Source of the DNA: Planctomycetota bacterium
GTDB lineage: Bacteria; Planctomycetota; UBA1135; UBA2386
Assembly: GCA_965223545.1 (NCBI GenBank)
Contig: OZ245006.1
Coordinates: 4,064,001 to 4,128,000 of the forward strand
Direction of reading: 5' to 3'
DNA length: 64,000 nt
How positions within the stretch are numbered: position 1 is the first letter of the stretch; every line of letters begins with the position of its first letter. The notes below the pieces were generated by a model. The model was not told the DNA's origin. It searched no databases and was given only the letters and a program-made list of their open reading frames with translations. The position numbers were made by a program, and so were the translations under genes. Shown piece after piece: positions 30,067-40,708 of this stretch.

Positions 30067-32748
30067 CTGTCACCGCGATCCTGTGTTCCCAAGCGGAGCG
30101 CGGTCCTGGCGATCGGCGCGACCGGTTGGCTGGTCGTCGCGGCGGGGGCGCAGCCGATCCCGATGGCGCCCCCGTTGGATGTTCGCGGCGCCTTGCTCGA
30201 GGTGGTCGCGCCGGCGGACATCGAGTTCGGCGTGCCACCGCGGATGTTCCGCAGCGCGACGTTGGATCGATTCTTGCGCAAGGCGCAACAGCTGTTCTCG
30301 CGCGAGGATTTCGCCGGTGCGATCCGCGTCCTGCAAGACGTGCTGGAGGGGCGGGTCGAGCCCGGCGCGCTGGCCGGCGAGCCGCTCGAAGGGACCGACG
30401 GCACCGCGTCGGGCCAGCCGGAGGACGAAGCCGCCGGCGAAGAGGCAGTGGAGTCGGTCGAGGACGATCCCCGGCACGCGGTCTACAGCGCCGACGAACG
30501 CGTGTTCCGGCCGGTGCGCGGGCTGTGCCACGAGCTGCTGACCTCGATGCCGCCCGTCGGCCGGACGCAGTATCGGCAGATGTACGAGGTGTCCGCCGAG
30601 CGGGCGTTCGAGGCGGCGATGGCGGTGCGCGATCGCGCCGGGCTCGAGCGCGTCTACGACTCGTACTTCGTCACCCACGCCGCCGCCCGCGCGATGGCGG
30701 CCGCGGCCGATCTGTTGATGCACGACGGTCGCTTCCGCGCCGCGGCGGAGACGCTGCGGCTGCTGCTCGAGGTCTACCCGGACGAGCTGCGCCGTCAGGT
30801 GCCGGAGGCCGACGAGAGCTATCTGCGGATTCGGCTGGCGCTGTGTCTCGCCATGATGGGCGAGACCGACCGCGCCGCGGCGGCGCTCGCTCGGCTGCGC
30901 GAGCAGCGCGGCGACGAGGCCGTGCGGGTCATGGGGGAGTTGGTGGCGGTCGACGATCTCGCCGAGGGCCCGCTTCTGTCGGAGGCCGACCGAGTGGTGC
31001 CGCCATCGGTCGGCGACGATGCCTCGGCGGCGGCGCTCGACGCCGTCTCGACGAGAGATGCCCTGGTGCCACTGTGGGAGTTCCGCTTCACCGAGACGGA
31101 TCCCTACCGACCCGCGGTGTCCGAGGGCCGACGGGTGAATCGGTTCGGGCCGTCCACCGGCCGAGCGGGGCTGCTGCCCCGCGTGTCCCAGTACTCACCA
31201 GCGACCACCGCGATGTTCGACGGTGACCGGCTGGTGTTCCTGGACCACTTCAGGCTGCGGGTGAGCGACCTCGATTCCGGCATGATGCTCTTGGAGACGG
31301 GCGGTCTGCTGCAGGCGCCGACGCCGCAGCAGGGCCATCCGCGCGTCCGCATCGCCGCCTACGACTGGGGCAACATGCAGGTCGTCGCCGATGGCCAGCG
31401 CTACTACTGCGTGCTGGGCCCCGGTGCGGGCGGCGCCGCCGGCTACTACGCAGTGCTCAACAACGAGTTGGTCGCCTACGACCGCACGACGCTGGCGCAG
31501 GTCTGGACGTCGCACGACCGCGCCGTCGACCGCGCGCGCCGGCCGTCGTTCATGGCGGCGCCCGCGGTCTACGGCAACCAGCTGTTGGCGCCGGTGCTGA
31601 TCGACGACGCCTACGCCCTGCTCGGCATGGACAGCGCCACCGGTCAGGTGTTGTTCGAGACCCACCTACACATGGGCGGAACCGATCTGGTGCGCGCACC
31701 GGGATCGCCGGTCGTCGTCGACGGCGGCACGGCCTACGTGCTGACCAATGCCGGCGGCATTGGCGCGGTCGACGTCTTCAGCGGCCAGCTGCGCTGGGTG
31801 CGGCGCTACGAGCGCACCCATCCGATCCGTCCCAACCGCGCGCGTCAGCTGCAGACGCAGACCGTCAATCAGGGCTTTGCCCGCGAGACCAGCTTGTACG
31901 GCTTCGTGCCCGCCGCGCCGGTCGTTCTCGAGGGCCGCGTGATCGTCGCGCCGGCAGACGGCGAGGTGTTGGTCTGTCTCGACGGCGCGACCGGCGATCT
32001 GTTGTGGGTCAGCGAGCGGCAGCGCGACAGCAAGATCGAGTTGCTCGGTCACAATCAGGACCACCTCTACCTGCGCGGTGAGCGCTACTTGGTCTGTGTC
32101 GACCACCGCTCGGGGATCCTGCGGTGGAGTGTCGAGGTGCCGGCGGACACGCGCTCCGGCCGCGGCGCGGTCGGTGAGGCCGCAGTGCTACTGCCGGGCG
32201 ACCGCTGCGTGTTCGTGATGCCGTCCAACGGCGAGGGTCGCTGGCGGCGGCTCGCGCTGCCGGTTTTCGGCGTGAGCCGCGAACCCCTGCCCGGTGGCTT
32301 CAACGTGTTCTTGGACGAGGCCTACCTGCTGTGTGGCTATGCCGGCGGCATCGAGATGTTCGGCTTGCGGCCGGAGCTGCTGGCGGAGCTGGACGGCGCC
32401 ACCGTCGAGCAGCAGATCGAGACGCTGGTGCTGTGCGGTGAGACGCTGCGGGCGAGCGCGCTGTTGGCGGCCCGCGCCCGCGACGAGGCCCTATCGCTGG
32501 CCCAGCGCGCGCGGGCGGCCAGCCGGGGGTTGGCGTTGGTGCGAGAGTCGGCGCTGACGATGGCGCGCCGCGGCGACCGCGAGGCCGGCGTTGCCGCTCT
32601 GGGTGAGTGCCGCGCGTGGCTGCCGACCCGCGCGCTGCGGATGCAGTGGCACCTGGCGCGCATCGATCTGTTCGAGGCCTTGCGCGATTCGGCTGCTATG
32701 GAGCGCGAGCAAGACGCGTTGTATGCAATGATGGAGGGCCGCGGGTGA
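30067..32748 (+). CDS. Exported TPR plus PQQ-like/BamB-like beta-propeller protein
   Basis: Signal-like KRSAVLAIGATGWLVVAAGAQ; TPR helices; blade motifs DLDSG, DSATGQVLF, DVFSGQLRW, DGATGDLLW and DHRSGILRW; start uncertain. Confidence 0.8.
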   Translation: MSPRSCVPKRSAVLAIGATGWLVVAAGAQPIPMAPPLDVRGALLEVVAPADIEFGVPPRMFRSATLDRFLRKAQQLFSREDFAGAIRVLQDVLEGRVEPGALAGEPLEGTDGTASGQPEDEAAGEEAVESVEDDPRHAVYSADERVFRPVRGLCHELLTSMPPVGRTQYRQMYEVSAERAFEAAMAVRDRAGLERVYDSYFVTHAAARAMAAAADLLMHDGRFRAAAETLRLLLEVYPDELRRQVPEADESYLRIRLALCLAMMGETDRAAAALARLREQRGDEAVRVMGELVAVDDLAEGPLLSEADRVVPPSVGDDASAAALDAVSTRDALVPLWEFRFTETDPYRPAVSEGRRVNRFGPSTGRAGLLPRVSQYSPATTAMFDGDRLVFLDHFRLRVSDLDSGMMLLETGGLLQAPTPQQGHPRVRIAAYDWGNMQVVADGQRYYCVLGPGAGGAAGYYAVLNNELVAYDRTTLAQVWTSHDRAVDRARRPSFMAAPAVYGNQLLAPVLIDDAYALLGMDSATGQVLFETHLHMGGTDLVRAPGSPVVVDGGTAYVLTNAGGIGAVDVFSGQLRWVRRYERTHPIRPNRARQLQTQTVNQGFARETSLYGFVPAAPVVLEGRVIVAPADGEVLVCLDGATGDLLWVSERQRDSKIELLGHNQDHLYLRGERYLVCVDHRSGILRWSVEVPADTRSGRGAVGEAAVLLPGDRCVFVMPSNGEGRWRRLALPVFGVSREPLPGGFNVFLDEAYLLCGYAGGIEMFGLRPELLAELDGATVEQQIETLVLCGETLRASALLAARARDEALSLAQRARAASRGLALVRESALTMARRGDREAGVAALGECRAWLPTRALRMQWHLARIDLFEALRDSAAMEREQDALYAMMEGRG

Positions 32749-32770
32749 ACCCCGAACGCCGAGGAGACGC

Positions 32771-33808
32771 ATGATCCGAACTTCTCGTGACCTGGCCGCA
32801 CTGCTTGCCGGCGCGCTCTGCAGCGCGTCCGCCGGCGCCCAAGAGCGTGCGTTCCCACACCTCGTCGACGCGGAGATCGAGACCTCGATCCGCCAGGGCC
32901 TCGAGTACCTGGTGCGCAGCCAGAACCGCGACGGCTCCTGGCGCGGCAGCGGCGGCTACGGTGTCTACCCGACGTCGATGACCGCGCTGGCCGGTATGGC
33001 ACTGTTGGGCTCCGGCTCGACCCCTACCCGCGGCCGGCACTGGCGCTCGGTGCGCAAGGCGGTCGCGTTCCTGCTGGATCATGCCCAACCCAGCGGTCTG
33101 ATCACCGTGATGGCAGAAGAGGGCCGCAGCATGTACGGCCACGGCTTCTCGACCATGTTCTTGGCCCAGATCTACGGCATCGAAGAAGGCGTCAAGGAGC
33201 AGAAGCGGCTGGGCGAGGTGTTGGGCCGTGCGGTCGACCTCATCGTGCGCTCGCAGTCCACGTATGGCGGCTGGTACTACACGCCGGACTCCGGTTCCGA
33301 CGAGGGCAGCGTCACCGTCACGCAGCTGCAGGCGCTGCGCGCCTGCCGCAACGCCGGCATCGCGGTGCCGCCGAAGACCATCGAGCGCGCGGTGGACTAC
33401 ATCCGCAAGTCGGCCAACCCCGATGGCGGCATTCGCTACGCAGCGCGGCAAGGGGGCGGCAGCCGGCCCGCGATCAGCGCCGCCGCGGTCGCGGTGCTGT
33501 ACTTCGCCGGCAAGTACGATGATCCGATGGCGGAGAAGGCGCTCGAGTACTCACTGGCGCATCTGCCGGTGTCCGGCGGCGGGCAGGGACACCACTACTA
33601 CGCCCACCTGTACTTGGCACAGGCGTGCTACCAGAAGGGCGGGGACCTTTGGTCGGACTACTTTCCGCGGATGGCGACCTGGCTGCTCGGCCAGCAGCGC
33701 TCCGACGGCTCGTGGGTCGGCGACGGCGTCGGCACGGTCTATGGCACGTCGATCGCTCTGACGATCCTGCAGCTGCCCTATGCCTTGGTACCGATCTACC
33801 AGCGGTGA
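32771..33808 (+). CDS. Exported prenyltransferase/squalene-oxidase repeat (alpha/alpha barrel) protein
   Basis: GAGGAG RBS and signal peptide; QW-like repeats SQNRDGSW, SQSTYGGWYY, SANPDGGIRY and QQRSDGSW. Confidence 0.88.
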   Translation: MIRTSRDLAALLAGALCSASAGAQERAFPHLVDAEIETSIRQGLEYLVRSQNRDGSWRGSGGYGVYPTSMTALAGMALLGSGSTPTRGRHWRSVRKAVAFLLDHAQPSGLITVMAEEGRSMYGHGFSTMFLAQIYGIEEGVKEQKRLGEVLGRAVDLIVRSQSTYGGWYYTPDSGSDEGSVTVTQLQALRACRNAGIAVPPKTIERAVDYIRKSANPDGGIRYAARQGGGSRPAISAAAVAVLYFAGKYDDPMAEKALEYSLAHLPVSGGGQGHHYYAHLYLAQACYQKGGDLWSDYFPRMATWLLGQQRSDGSWVGDGVGTVYGTSIALTILQLPYALVPIYQR

Positions 33809-33823
33809 TCCGGTGACCGCCCG

Positions 33824-36022
33824 ATGATCGCGCTCGGCTTCCTCAACCCGATCCTGCTCTGGGCGCTGCCGCTGGCGGCGGTGCCGATCTTGATCCACCT
33901 GCTCAACCGCCGGCGGTTCCAGCGGGTGCGGTGGGCGGCACAGGAGTTCTTGGCGGCGGCGTTGAAGCGCAACCGGCGCCGACTGCGGATGGAGCAGTGG
34001 CTCGTTCTGCTGCTGCGCACGCTCGCGGTGCTGCTGCTGGTGTTCTTGGTGAGCCGCCCGCACCTCACCGGCAGCATCCTCGGCGAGCAGCGCGCGCACC
34101 ACGTGGTGTGCGTCGACGACTCGGCGTCGATGGCGCAGCGCAGCGGACCCGGCACCGTGTTCGGGGCCGGAGTCGAGCGCCTGCACCAGCTGATCGACAC
34201 GCTGGCCGAGAGCCGCCAGGGCGACCTGTTGACCGTGTTCCGGGCCTCGGCGCCGAGCCAGCCCGAGCTGGCGGCGGTCCGCGTGCAGGCGGAGCAAAAG
34301 CAGCGGCTGCGCGACGCGCTGGCCGCGCTGCGCACCGGGTACGGCAGCGCCGGCCCGGCGGCCATGCTGGCAGCCGCCGGACGGCACTTGCAGGCCGTCG
34401 AGGGCAGCGGCCTGGGCCACGTCTACCTGGTGAGCGATCTGCGGGTCGGCGACTGGTGCACAGCGGACGGGCAGCTGCGCGCGGACGTGCGCCGCGAGCT
34501 CGACGCCTTCGGCGACGGCCGCAAGCTGACGCTGTTGTCGGTGGCGCCCGACGATGCCGAGAACCTGGCGATCGTCGGCGTCGACTACGGCGGTCGCGTC
34601 GCCTTGGCGGGGGTGCCGGTGGACGTCACCGTCGAGATCGAGAACACCGGCCGCTCCGCCTCGCGGGCCGGCCAGGTGGCGCTCGCCGTCGACGACCGCA
34701 GCCGCGCGGTGTTGGAGCTCGATGCGCTGCAACCCGGCGAACGGCGCGCCTTCACGTTCAGCCACGTGTTCTACGAGCCGGGGTTCCACGGCGCCGTGGC
34801 CGAGCTCGCGGCCGACCGCTATCCGGTGGACGACCGGCGCGGCATGGCGGTCGAGGTCGCCGAGGCTTCGCACGTGCTGGTGGTCGACGGTGATCCCGGC
34901 GACCGGCCCGAAGAGGCGGAGAGCTACTTCCTCGCCTTCGCGCTCGAGCACCGCGAGTCCGGCATTCGGGTCGAGGTGGTGCCCGACCACGCGCTCGCCG
35001 ACGTCGAGCTGACCCACTACGACCTGATCTACCTGTGCAACGCGCCGGCCCCCGACGCGGCGGTCGCGGCGCGGCTCGAGGACTACGTCCACGGGGGCGG
35101 CGGGCTGGTGGTGTTCCTCGGCGATCAGGTCCACGCCGCGCGCTACAACGAGCTGCTGTATCGCGACGGCGCCGGCGTGTTGCCGGCAGAGCTCGGCGAG
35201 CTGACCGGCGATCTGGACCGGCCGCGGCCGGTCGTCGTCGCCGACGCCGCGCACGAGACGGTGTCGCTGGCGACCGATGCCCTGGAGCAGGTCTTGGCGC
35301 TGGTCGGCGTGGGGCGGCATTTCGAGGTGGTGCCCGCCGCCGACGCCCGCGTCGTGCTGCGCATCGGCAACAGCGCGGGGGAGCCGTTGATGCTGTCGCG
35401 CCGGGTCGAGGGCGGCGGCGAGGTCGTGCTGATGACGACCACCGCCGACACCAAGTGGAACACGCTGGCGCGCACCCCGGTCTACTTGATCCTGACGCAG
35501 CGCATGCACCAGGCCACGGCGCGGGTGCAGGACCGTCGCCGGTACAACCAACCGACGACCGGCGAGCTCGTTTTGTCGTTGGACCCGGCGATCCACCGCA
35601 CCGATGTGTCCGTGCGTGGGCTCCGCGACGACGCGCTGGAGCGCACGTTCTCGGCGGCGATGAGCGAGGCGGCCGGCGAGACCGCCGAGGTGACGGCCCG
35701 GTTGCAGCTGCCGCTCAGCGAGCTGTCCCAACCGGGGCTGTACGAGCTGCAACTGACCGAGCACGACGGTCGCCAGGAGCGTCGCCTGCTCTCCGCCTTC
35801 GCGCCGGCGGCCGAGAGTCGTCTCGAGCGACTGTCGCGGGCCGGGTGGAACCGCTTGCTTCCCGAGGAGCTGCGCCCGCACGTCGACGTGGTGGAGAGCG
35901 AGGCCCGTCAGGCCGCGAGCCTCGGCGCCGGCGAGGGGGAGACCTGGCGCGGCCTGGCGATGGCGATGGTCGCGGTGTTGCTGATGGAGAGCGTCCTCGC
36001 TTGGCGCTTCGGGAGGCGATAG
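33824..36022 (+). CDS. BatA-domain/VWA membrane protein with CARDB-like and GATase-like regions
   Basis: FLNPILLW...PILIHLLNRRRF..VRWAA (BatA); VDDSASM MIDAS; LEDYVHGGGGLVVFLG; C-terminal TM. Confidence 0.9.
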   Translation: MIALGFLNPILLWALPLAAVPILIHLLNRRRFQRVRWAAQEFLAAALKRNRRRLRMEQWLVLLLRTLAVLLLVFLVSRPHLTGSILGEQRAHHVVCVDDSASMAQRSGPGTVFGAGVERLHQLIDTLAESRQGDLLTVFRASAPSQPELAAVRVQAEQKQRLRDALAALRTGYGSAGPAAMLAAAGRHLQAVEGSGLGHVYLVSDLRVGDWCTADGQLRADVRRELDAFGDGRKLTLLSVAPDDAENLAIVGVDYGGRVALAGVPVDVTVEIENTGRSASRAGQVALAVDDRSRAVLELDALQPGERRAFTFSHVFYEPGFHGAVAELAADRYPVDDRRGMAVEVAEASHVLVVDGDPGDRPEEAESYFLAFALEHRESGIRVEVVPDHALADVELTHYDLIYLCNAPAPDAAVAARLEDYVHGGGGLVVFLGDQVHAARYNELLYRDGAGVLPAELGELTGDLDRPRPVVVADAAHETVSLATDALEQVLALVGVGRHFEVVPAADARVVLRIGNSAGEPLMLSRRVEGGGEVVLMTTTADTKWNTLARTPVYLILTQRMHQATARVQDRRRYNQPTTGELVLSLDPAIHRTDVSVRGLRDDALERTFSAAMSEAAGETAEVTARLQLPLSELSQPGLYELQLTEHDGRQERRLLSAFAPAAESRLERLSRAGWNRLLPEELRPHVDVVESEARQAASLGAGEGETWRGLAMAMVAVLLMESVLAWRFGRR

Positions 36023-38464
36023 GTGCGCGGCCTGTACGAGTGGTTGCTGTCGCTCAAGGGGATCGAGCCCGAGTCCGGAGCCGAGCTCCGGCTCGAGCTG
36101 ACGTCGTTTCCCAGTGGTGGGCTGGCGCTGCTGGTGGTCGCCGGCGCGCTGGCCGCGCTGATCACCGTGTTCGCCATGTACCGGCGCGAGCGCGCGTCCC
36201 TGTCGCCGCGCCAACGCGGCGTGCTGGCCGCGTTGCGGGGCGCGGCGCTGCTGCTGGCCCTGTTGGTCGTGCTCGAGCCCAACATCGTGGCGGTGAAGCG
36301 CGAGGAGCGGCCGGGCCACGTCATCCTGCTGCTCGACCGATCGCAGTCGATGGCGCAGCGCGACGCGTTTCGCCGCGCGGAGGTGCAGCCGCTGGTCGAC
36401 GGCTGGCGCGCGGCCGGCATCGCGGACCCGAGAGCCGCCACTCGATTCGAGCTGGCGCGCGCCGCGCTGAGTGCCGACGACGGCGCGGTGCTGCGCGTGT
36501 TGGCGGAGCGCAACCGGCTGCAGGCGTACGGCTTCGACGCCGGTCTCGAGCCGCTCGATGGCGATGCCCTCGCGTCGAGCCTGGCCGCGCTGCGGCCGGA
36601 CGGGCGCGCCACCGATCTGGGCGCCGCGGTGCGCGCCGCTCTCGAGCGCAGCCGCGACGCGTCGGTCGCCGGCCTCGTGGTGCTGACCGACGGCCGGCGC
36701 AACCGCGGCGCGCAGGCGGCGGAGGTGGCGCGGATGATCGCTCGGCGCAAGGCGCCGCGCGTCCTGGTGCTGCCGGTGGGCGACCCATCCGAGACCCAGC
36801 TGATCGAGCTGGTGCGCGTCGAGGCGCCGGAGAAGGTGTTTCAGAAGGATCCGTTCCGCATCGCCGCCGAGGTCACGTCACAGGGCTACGACCGCGTCGA
36901 GGTCCGCGCCAGCTTGCAGAAGGTCACCGCCGCCGGTGCCGAGACCGTGGCCAGCCGGAGCGCGTTGGTCGGCGCCGGGAACCCGGACGCGCTGATCGAG
37001 TTCGATTCGATCGTGCCGACCGAACCCGGAGTGACGACCTATCGAGTGGTGCTCGAGCCACCGGACGGCGAGCCGCACGTCGACGCGCGCCACCAGGCCA
37101 ACGCCCGCGTCGAGGTGCTCAGCGAGCAGACCAAGGTGCTGTTGATCGCCGGCGGGCCGTCGCTCGAGTACCGGTTCTTGCAGATCGCGCTGTATCGCGA
37201 CAAGACCATCGATCTGAGCTGCTGGCTGTGCAGCGCCGATCCCGAGTTCCCGCAGGACGGCAACACGTCGCTGGCGACGCTGCCGGCCGGCCAAGAGGAG
37301 CTCGAGCCGTTCGATGTGGTGATCCTGTTGGACCCGGACGCCGCGGCGTTGACGCGGCCGTTCTGCGAGCAGCTCGCGCGCCACATCAGCACCGGCGGGG
37401 CCGGCATGTGGTGGGTGTGCGGAGAGAAGTTCTCGCTGGATGCCCTGCGCGACTCCGCGTCGACCCGGCCGTTGGCGGAGCTGCTGCCGGTCGAGCCGGA
37501 TCTGATGACCGCCGACCGGCGGCTGTTCCAGTTCGGCCACGGCTTCGAGTCGTCCTGGCCGTGGACGCTGACCGCCGACGGGCGCACCGCGAAGGTGACG
37601 CGGCTCTACGACCGCACCGACGAGAACGAGGCGGCGTGGATGCGGCTGCCGGGGTTCCACCTCGCGTTCCCCGTGTTGCGCGCCAAGCCGGCCGCGACCA
37701 CGCTGGTGACGATGAACAGCCCGCTGTTCTCACCCGGCGGTGAGCCATCGCCGCTGATCGCCTCACAGCTGGTCGGCGCCGGCCGCGTGCTGTTCACCGG
37801 CACCGACGAGACCTATCGCTGGCGCTCGGCGTTCGAGAAGGCCTACACCCAGTTCTGGGTCCGGGGCGTGCGCTTCCTGTTCGAGGGTCGCCTGGTCGCC
37901 GGCAACCGGCGGCTGCGGATCCGCGTCGGCGAGGAGCGCGTCGAGCTCGGGCAAGCGCAGACCCTGTTCGTCACCGCGCGCGATCAGAACTTCCAGCCAC
38001 TGGCCGCGCCGAGCCTGCAGGTGTCGCTGGAGCGGCAGGGCGGTGCGGTCGAGATGGTGACCCTCGACGGCAACGCCGAGGCCCCCGGCGAGTACCGTGG
38101 CGTGTTGCGCCCGACGCAGACCGGCTACTACTCGGTGTCGGCCGAGGCCCCGGGCGGCGCCAAGCACCAGGAGTCGTTCGAGGTCGTCCCGGCCGCGATC
38201 GAGCGCGAGGGGCCGGTGGATCTCGCCGAGCTCAGCGACCTGGCCGGTGACGGTGATGCCGCCGGTGGCGGTGATGCGGGTGGAGGCGGACTGCTGGCCA
38301 CCGCCGCGGACCTGCGCGCCGCCGCCGAGGAGATCCCGTCGCGCCGCGCCATCGACACCTTCCGCACTCCACATCCGATCTGGGACACCTGGCTGACGAT
38401 TGCCTCGATCCTCGGTCTGTTGTCGCTCGAGTGGTGGCTGCGCAAGAGGTTCAACCTGCTATGA
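36023..38464 (+). CDS. VWA plus GATase1-like membrane protein
   Basis: Two N-terminal TMs; LDRSQSM...ATD...LTDG MIDAS; KVLLIAGGPSLEYRFL; GAGRVLF..TDETYRWR; C-terminal EWWLRKRFNL. Confidence 0.88.
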   Translation: MRGLYEWLLSLKGIEPESGAELRLELTSFPSGGLALLVVAGALAALITVFAMYRRERASLSPRQRGVLAALRGAALLLALLVVLEPNIVAVKREERPGHVILLLDRSQSMAQRDAFRRAEVQPLVDGWRAAGIADPRAATRFELARAALSADDGAVLRVLAERNRLQAYGFDAGLEPLDGDALASSLAALRPDGRATDLGAAVRAALERSRDASVAGLVVLTDGRRNRGAQAAEVARMIARRKAPRVLVLPVGDPSETQLIELVRVEAPEKVFQKDPFRIAAEVTSQGYDRVEVRASLQKVTAAGAETVASRSALVGAGNPDALIEFDSIVPTEPGVTTYRVVLEPPDGEPHVDARHQANARVEVLSEQTKVLLIAGGPSLEYRFLQIALYRDKTIDLSCWLCSADPEFPQDGNTSLATLPAGQEELEPFDVVILLDPDAAALTRPFCEQLARHISTGGAGMWWVCGEKFSLDALRDSASTRPLAELLPVEPDLMTADRRLFQFGHGFESSWPWTLTADGRTAKVTRLYDRTDENEAAWMRLPGFHLAFPVLRAKPAATTLVTMNSPLFSPGGEPSPLIASQLVGAGRVLFTGTDETYRWRSAFEKAYTQFWVRGVRFLFEGRLVAGNRRLRIRVGEERVELGQAQTLFVTARDQNFQPLAAPSLQVSLERQGGAVEMVTLDGNAEAPGEYRGVLRPTQTGYYSVSAEAPGGAKHQESFEVVPAAIEREGPVDLAELSDLAGDGDAAGGGDAGGGGLLATAADLRAAAEEIPSRRAIDTFRTPHPIWDTWLTIASILGLLSLEWWLRKRFNLL

Positions 38465-40707
38465 CCACGCCGCGCGACGTCTTCGCGCGCCTGCGGGCGC
38501 GCGCCGGGGTCGGCATCGCCGTCGAGGCGGCGGCGTGTGTGGCGGCCGCTCTGGCGGTGTTCGTCTTCGCCAGCCTCCTCATCGACCGCAGCCTGCGGCT
38601 GGAGGTGGGGTATCGGTTCGTGCTGCTGCTCGCCCTGGGGGCGTGGTTGGCGCACATCGTCTACCGCCGCTACCTGCTGCCCCGCCGCGTCCGCCTGGAC
38701 GACGAGGAGTTGGCGTTGGCGGTGGAGCGCGCCGACCCCGAGTTGCGGCAGTCGTTGATCAGCGCCGTTCAGTTCGGCGACGCATTGGCGGCCGACCGGG
38801 AGACAACCGAGTCGCGCGAGCTGATGGCCGACGTCGTGCGGGACGTCGAGCGGCGGGTCGACGGTTTGGGCCTCGACCGCGCGCTCGACGCGGGGCGGGT
38901 CCGGCGGTTCGGCTTGGGGCTGGCCGCCGCGGTCGCGCTGCCCACAGGCTGGGCCGCGCTCGACCCGCAGACCGCCCAGCTGTGGGCCAAGCGCAATCTG
39001 TTGTTGTCGACGGAGGAGTGGCCGCGGGCCACCCGCCTGGCGTTCGTCGGGGTCGACGGCGATGTGGTGCGCGTCGCCGAGGGTGACGACCAGACCGTCG
39101 TGGTCGCCGTCGAGGGCGCGATGCCGGAGCAGGCGGAGCTGCACTATCGCTTCGACGATGCCGGCGGCGCCGGAGTCGAGGCGATGACGCAGACCGCGGC
39201 GGCGCAGTTCGGTTTCACGTTCGAAGCGCTGGTCGACAGCGTCGAGGTGCATGTCGAAGCCGGCGATGGCAGCACGCCGTCCCTGCGCCTCGAGGTCGTG
39301 CCGCGCCCCGTGGTGCGAGAGCTGTCGGTCGAGATCGAGTACCCCGCCTACATGGAACGGCCGGTGCAGCCGGCGCCGGACACCGAGGGTGATCTGCAGG
39401 TGCCGCGCGGCGCGGCGCTGCACGTCGTCGCGCGGTGCAGCGCGCCGCTGCGCGGCGCCTATCTCGAGGCCGAGAACGGTGAGCGCACCACGCTCGCCGT
39501 CGATGGGGCGGAGACCGCGCGCGGGCTGGTGCGACCCGAAGACACCGGCGTGTTGACCCTGCACCTCAGGGACCAACACGGTCTCGACAGTGCACGGCCA
39601 CCGCGGTTGTTCGTGCGGTTGGTCGAGGACGCCGCGCCGCGGATCGACTACCGCGCCGCGGGCATCGGCTCGATGATCGCGCCCACCGCGGTGATTCCCG
39701 GTGAGCTGACCATCACCGACGACTACGGTCTGCGCGCGGTGGGCGCCAGCTTCCGCGTCACCGGCGACCCCGAGGCGGAAGCCGCGGCGGCGGCGGTCGA
39801 GCCGGTCGACGAGGACTGGGCCCCGGCCGACGTGCCCGCGCTGCGGGAGTTCGGCGGTGGCGGCACCGAGTTCACGACGACGGCAGCGCTGGATCTGGCG
39901 CCGCTCAATCCAAACGAAGACCCCGCTGCTGTGGAGAACGCGGTGCGCCCGGGTCAGATGCTGTCGGTGCGCTTCAGTGCCACGGACAACTTCGGCCCCG
40001 GCGAGCCGCATGTCGGCTACAGCCAGCCTCTGGTGTTCCGGGTGGTCACCCGCGAGCGCTTGCTCACGGACTTGACGCGGCGGCAAGTCGAGCAGCGCCG
40101 TGAGCTCGAGCGGATCGTCGCCGAGGAGAAGACCGACGTGGCGGAGCTCCGCGAGATCCTGTCGCCGGACGCCGAGGATGAGCGCGCGGAGCGCGCGCGC
40201 CTGCGGTTGTTGGGCTTGGCCCGCAAGCAGCGCGCCTCGGGCAAGCGCGTGCTCAACATCGCCGACCACGTCACGCAGATCCTCGACGAGCTGCAGAACA
40301 ACCGCCTGCTCGAGCCCGGGGCCGTCACCGCGTTGCGGTCGCGGATCACCGAGCCGCTGAACTCGATGGCAGCGGAGGATTTCCCGCGTTCGGCCGACGC
40401 CGTGGCGGCCTTTGCCGGCGCTGGTGAAGAAGACCTAAGAAGCGTTGCTGTATCGACTTATGACGCGCTAATTCCGCGCCTCGAGCAGGTGCTGGAGCAG
40501 ATGGTCGAGATGGAGAGCTTCGCCACCCTCATCGAGGCATTGCGCAGGGTGATTAAGATGCAGAACTCGGCCATCGAGCTGACCGACGAACGCCGCGACG
40601 CGGCGGCCGGGAGCCTGTTCGACCCCCCCGGAGACGGTTCCTCCGCGAGAAAGCCCCCCGGATCGGACGAAAACCGCAACAAGCCCCCCCGGAACAGGAG
40701 GAACTGA
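38461..40707 (+). CDS. DUF4175-like membrane protein (TMs, Ig-like domains, helical tail)
   Basis: ATGA overlap; LALAVERADPELRQSLISAVQF; IEYPAYM; ITDDYGL; C-terminal coiled coil. Confidence 0.75.
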   Translation: MTTPRDVFARLRARAGVGIAVEAAACVAAALAVFVFASLLIDRSLRLEVGYRFVLLLALGAWLAHIVYRRYLLPRRVRLDDEELALAVERADPELRQSLISAVQFGDALAADRETTESRELMADVVRDVERRVDGLGLDRALDAGRVRRFGLGLAAAVALPTGWAALDPQTAQLWAKRNLLLSTEEWPRATRLAFVGVDGDVVRVAEGDDQTVVVAVEGAMPEQAELHYRFDDAGGAGVEAMTQTAAAQFGFTFEALVDSVEVHVEAGDGSTPSLRLEVVPRPVVRELSVEIEYPAYMERPVQPAPDTEGDLQVPRGAALHVVARCSAPLRGAYLEAENGERTTLAVDGAETARGLVRPEDTGVLTLHLRDQHGLDSARPPRLFVRLVEDAAPRIDYRAAGIGSMIAPTAVIPGELTITDDYGLRAVGASFRVTGDPEAEAAAAAVEPVDEDWAPADVPALREFGGGGTEFTTTAALDLAPLNPNEDPAAVENAVRPGQMLSVRFSATDNFGPGEPHVGYSQPLVFRVVTRERLLTDLTRRQVEQRRELERIVAEEKTDVAELREILSPDAEDERAERARLRLLGLARKQRASGKRVLNIADHVTQILDELQNNRLLEPGAVTALRSRITEPLNSMAAEDFPRSADAVAAFAGAGEEDLRSVAVSTYDALIPRLEQVLEQMVEMESFATLIEALRRVIKMQNSAIELTDERRDAAAGSLFDPPGDGSSARKPPGSDENRNKPPRNRRN

Positions 40708-40708
40708 C

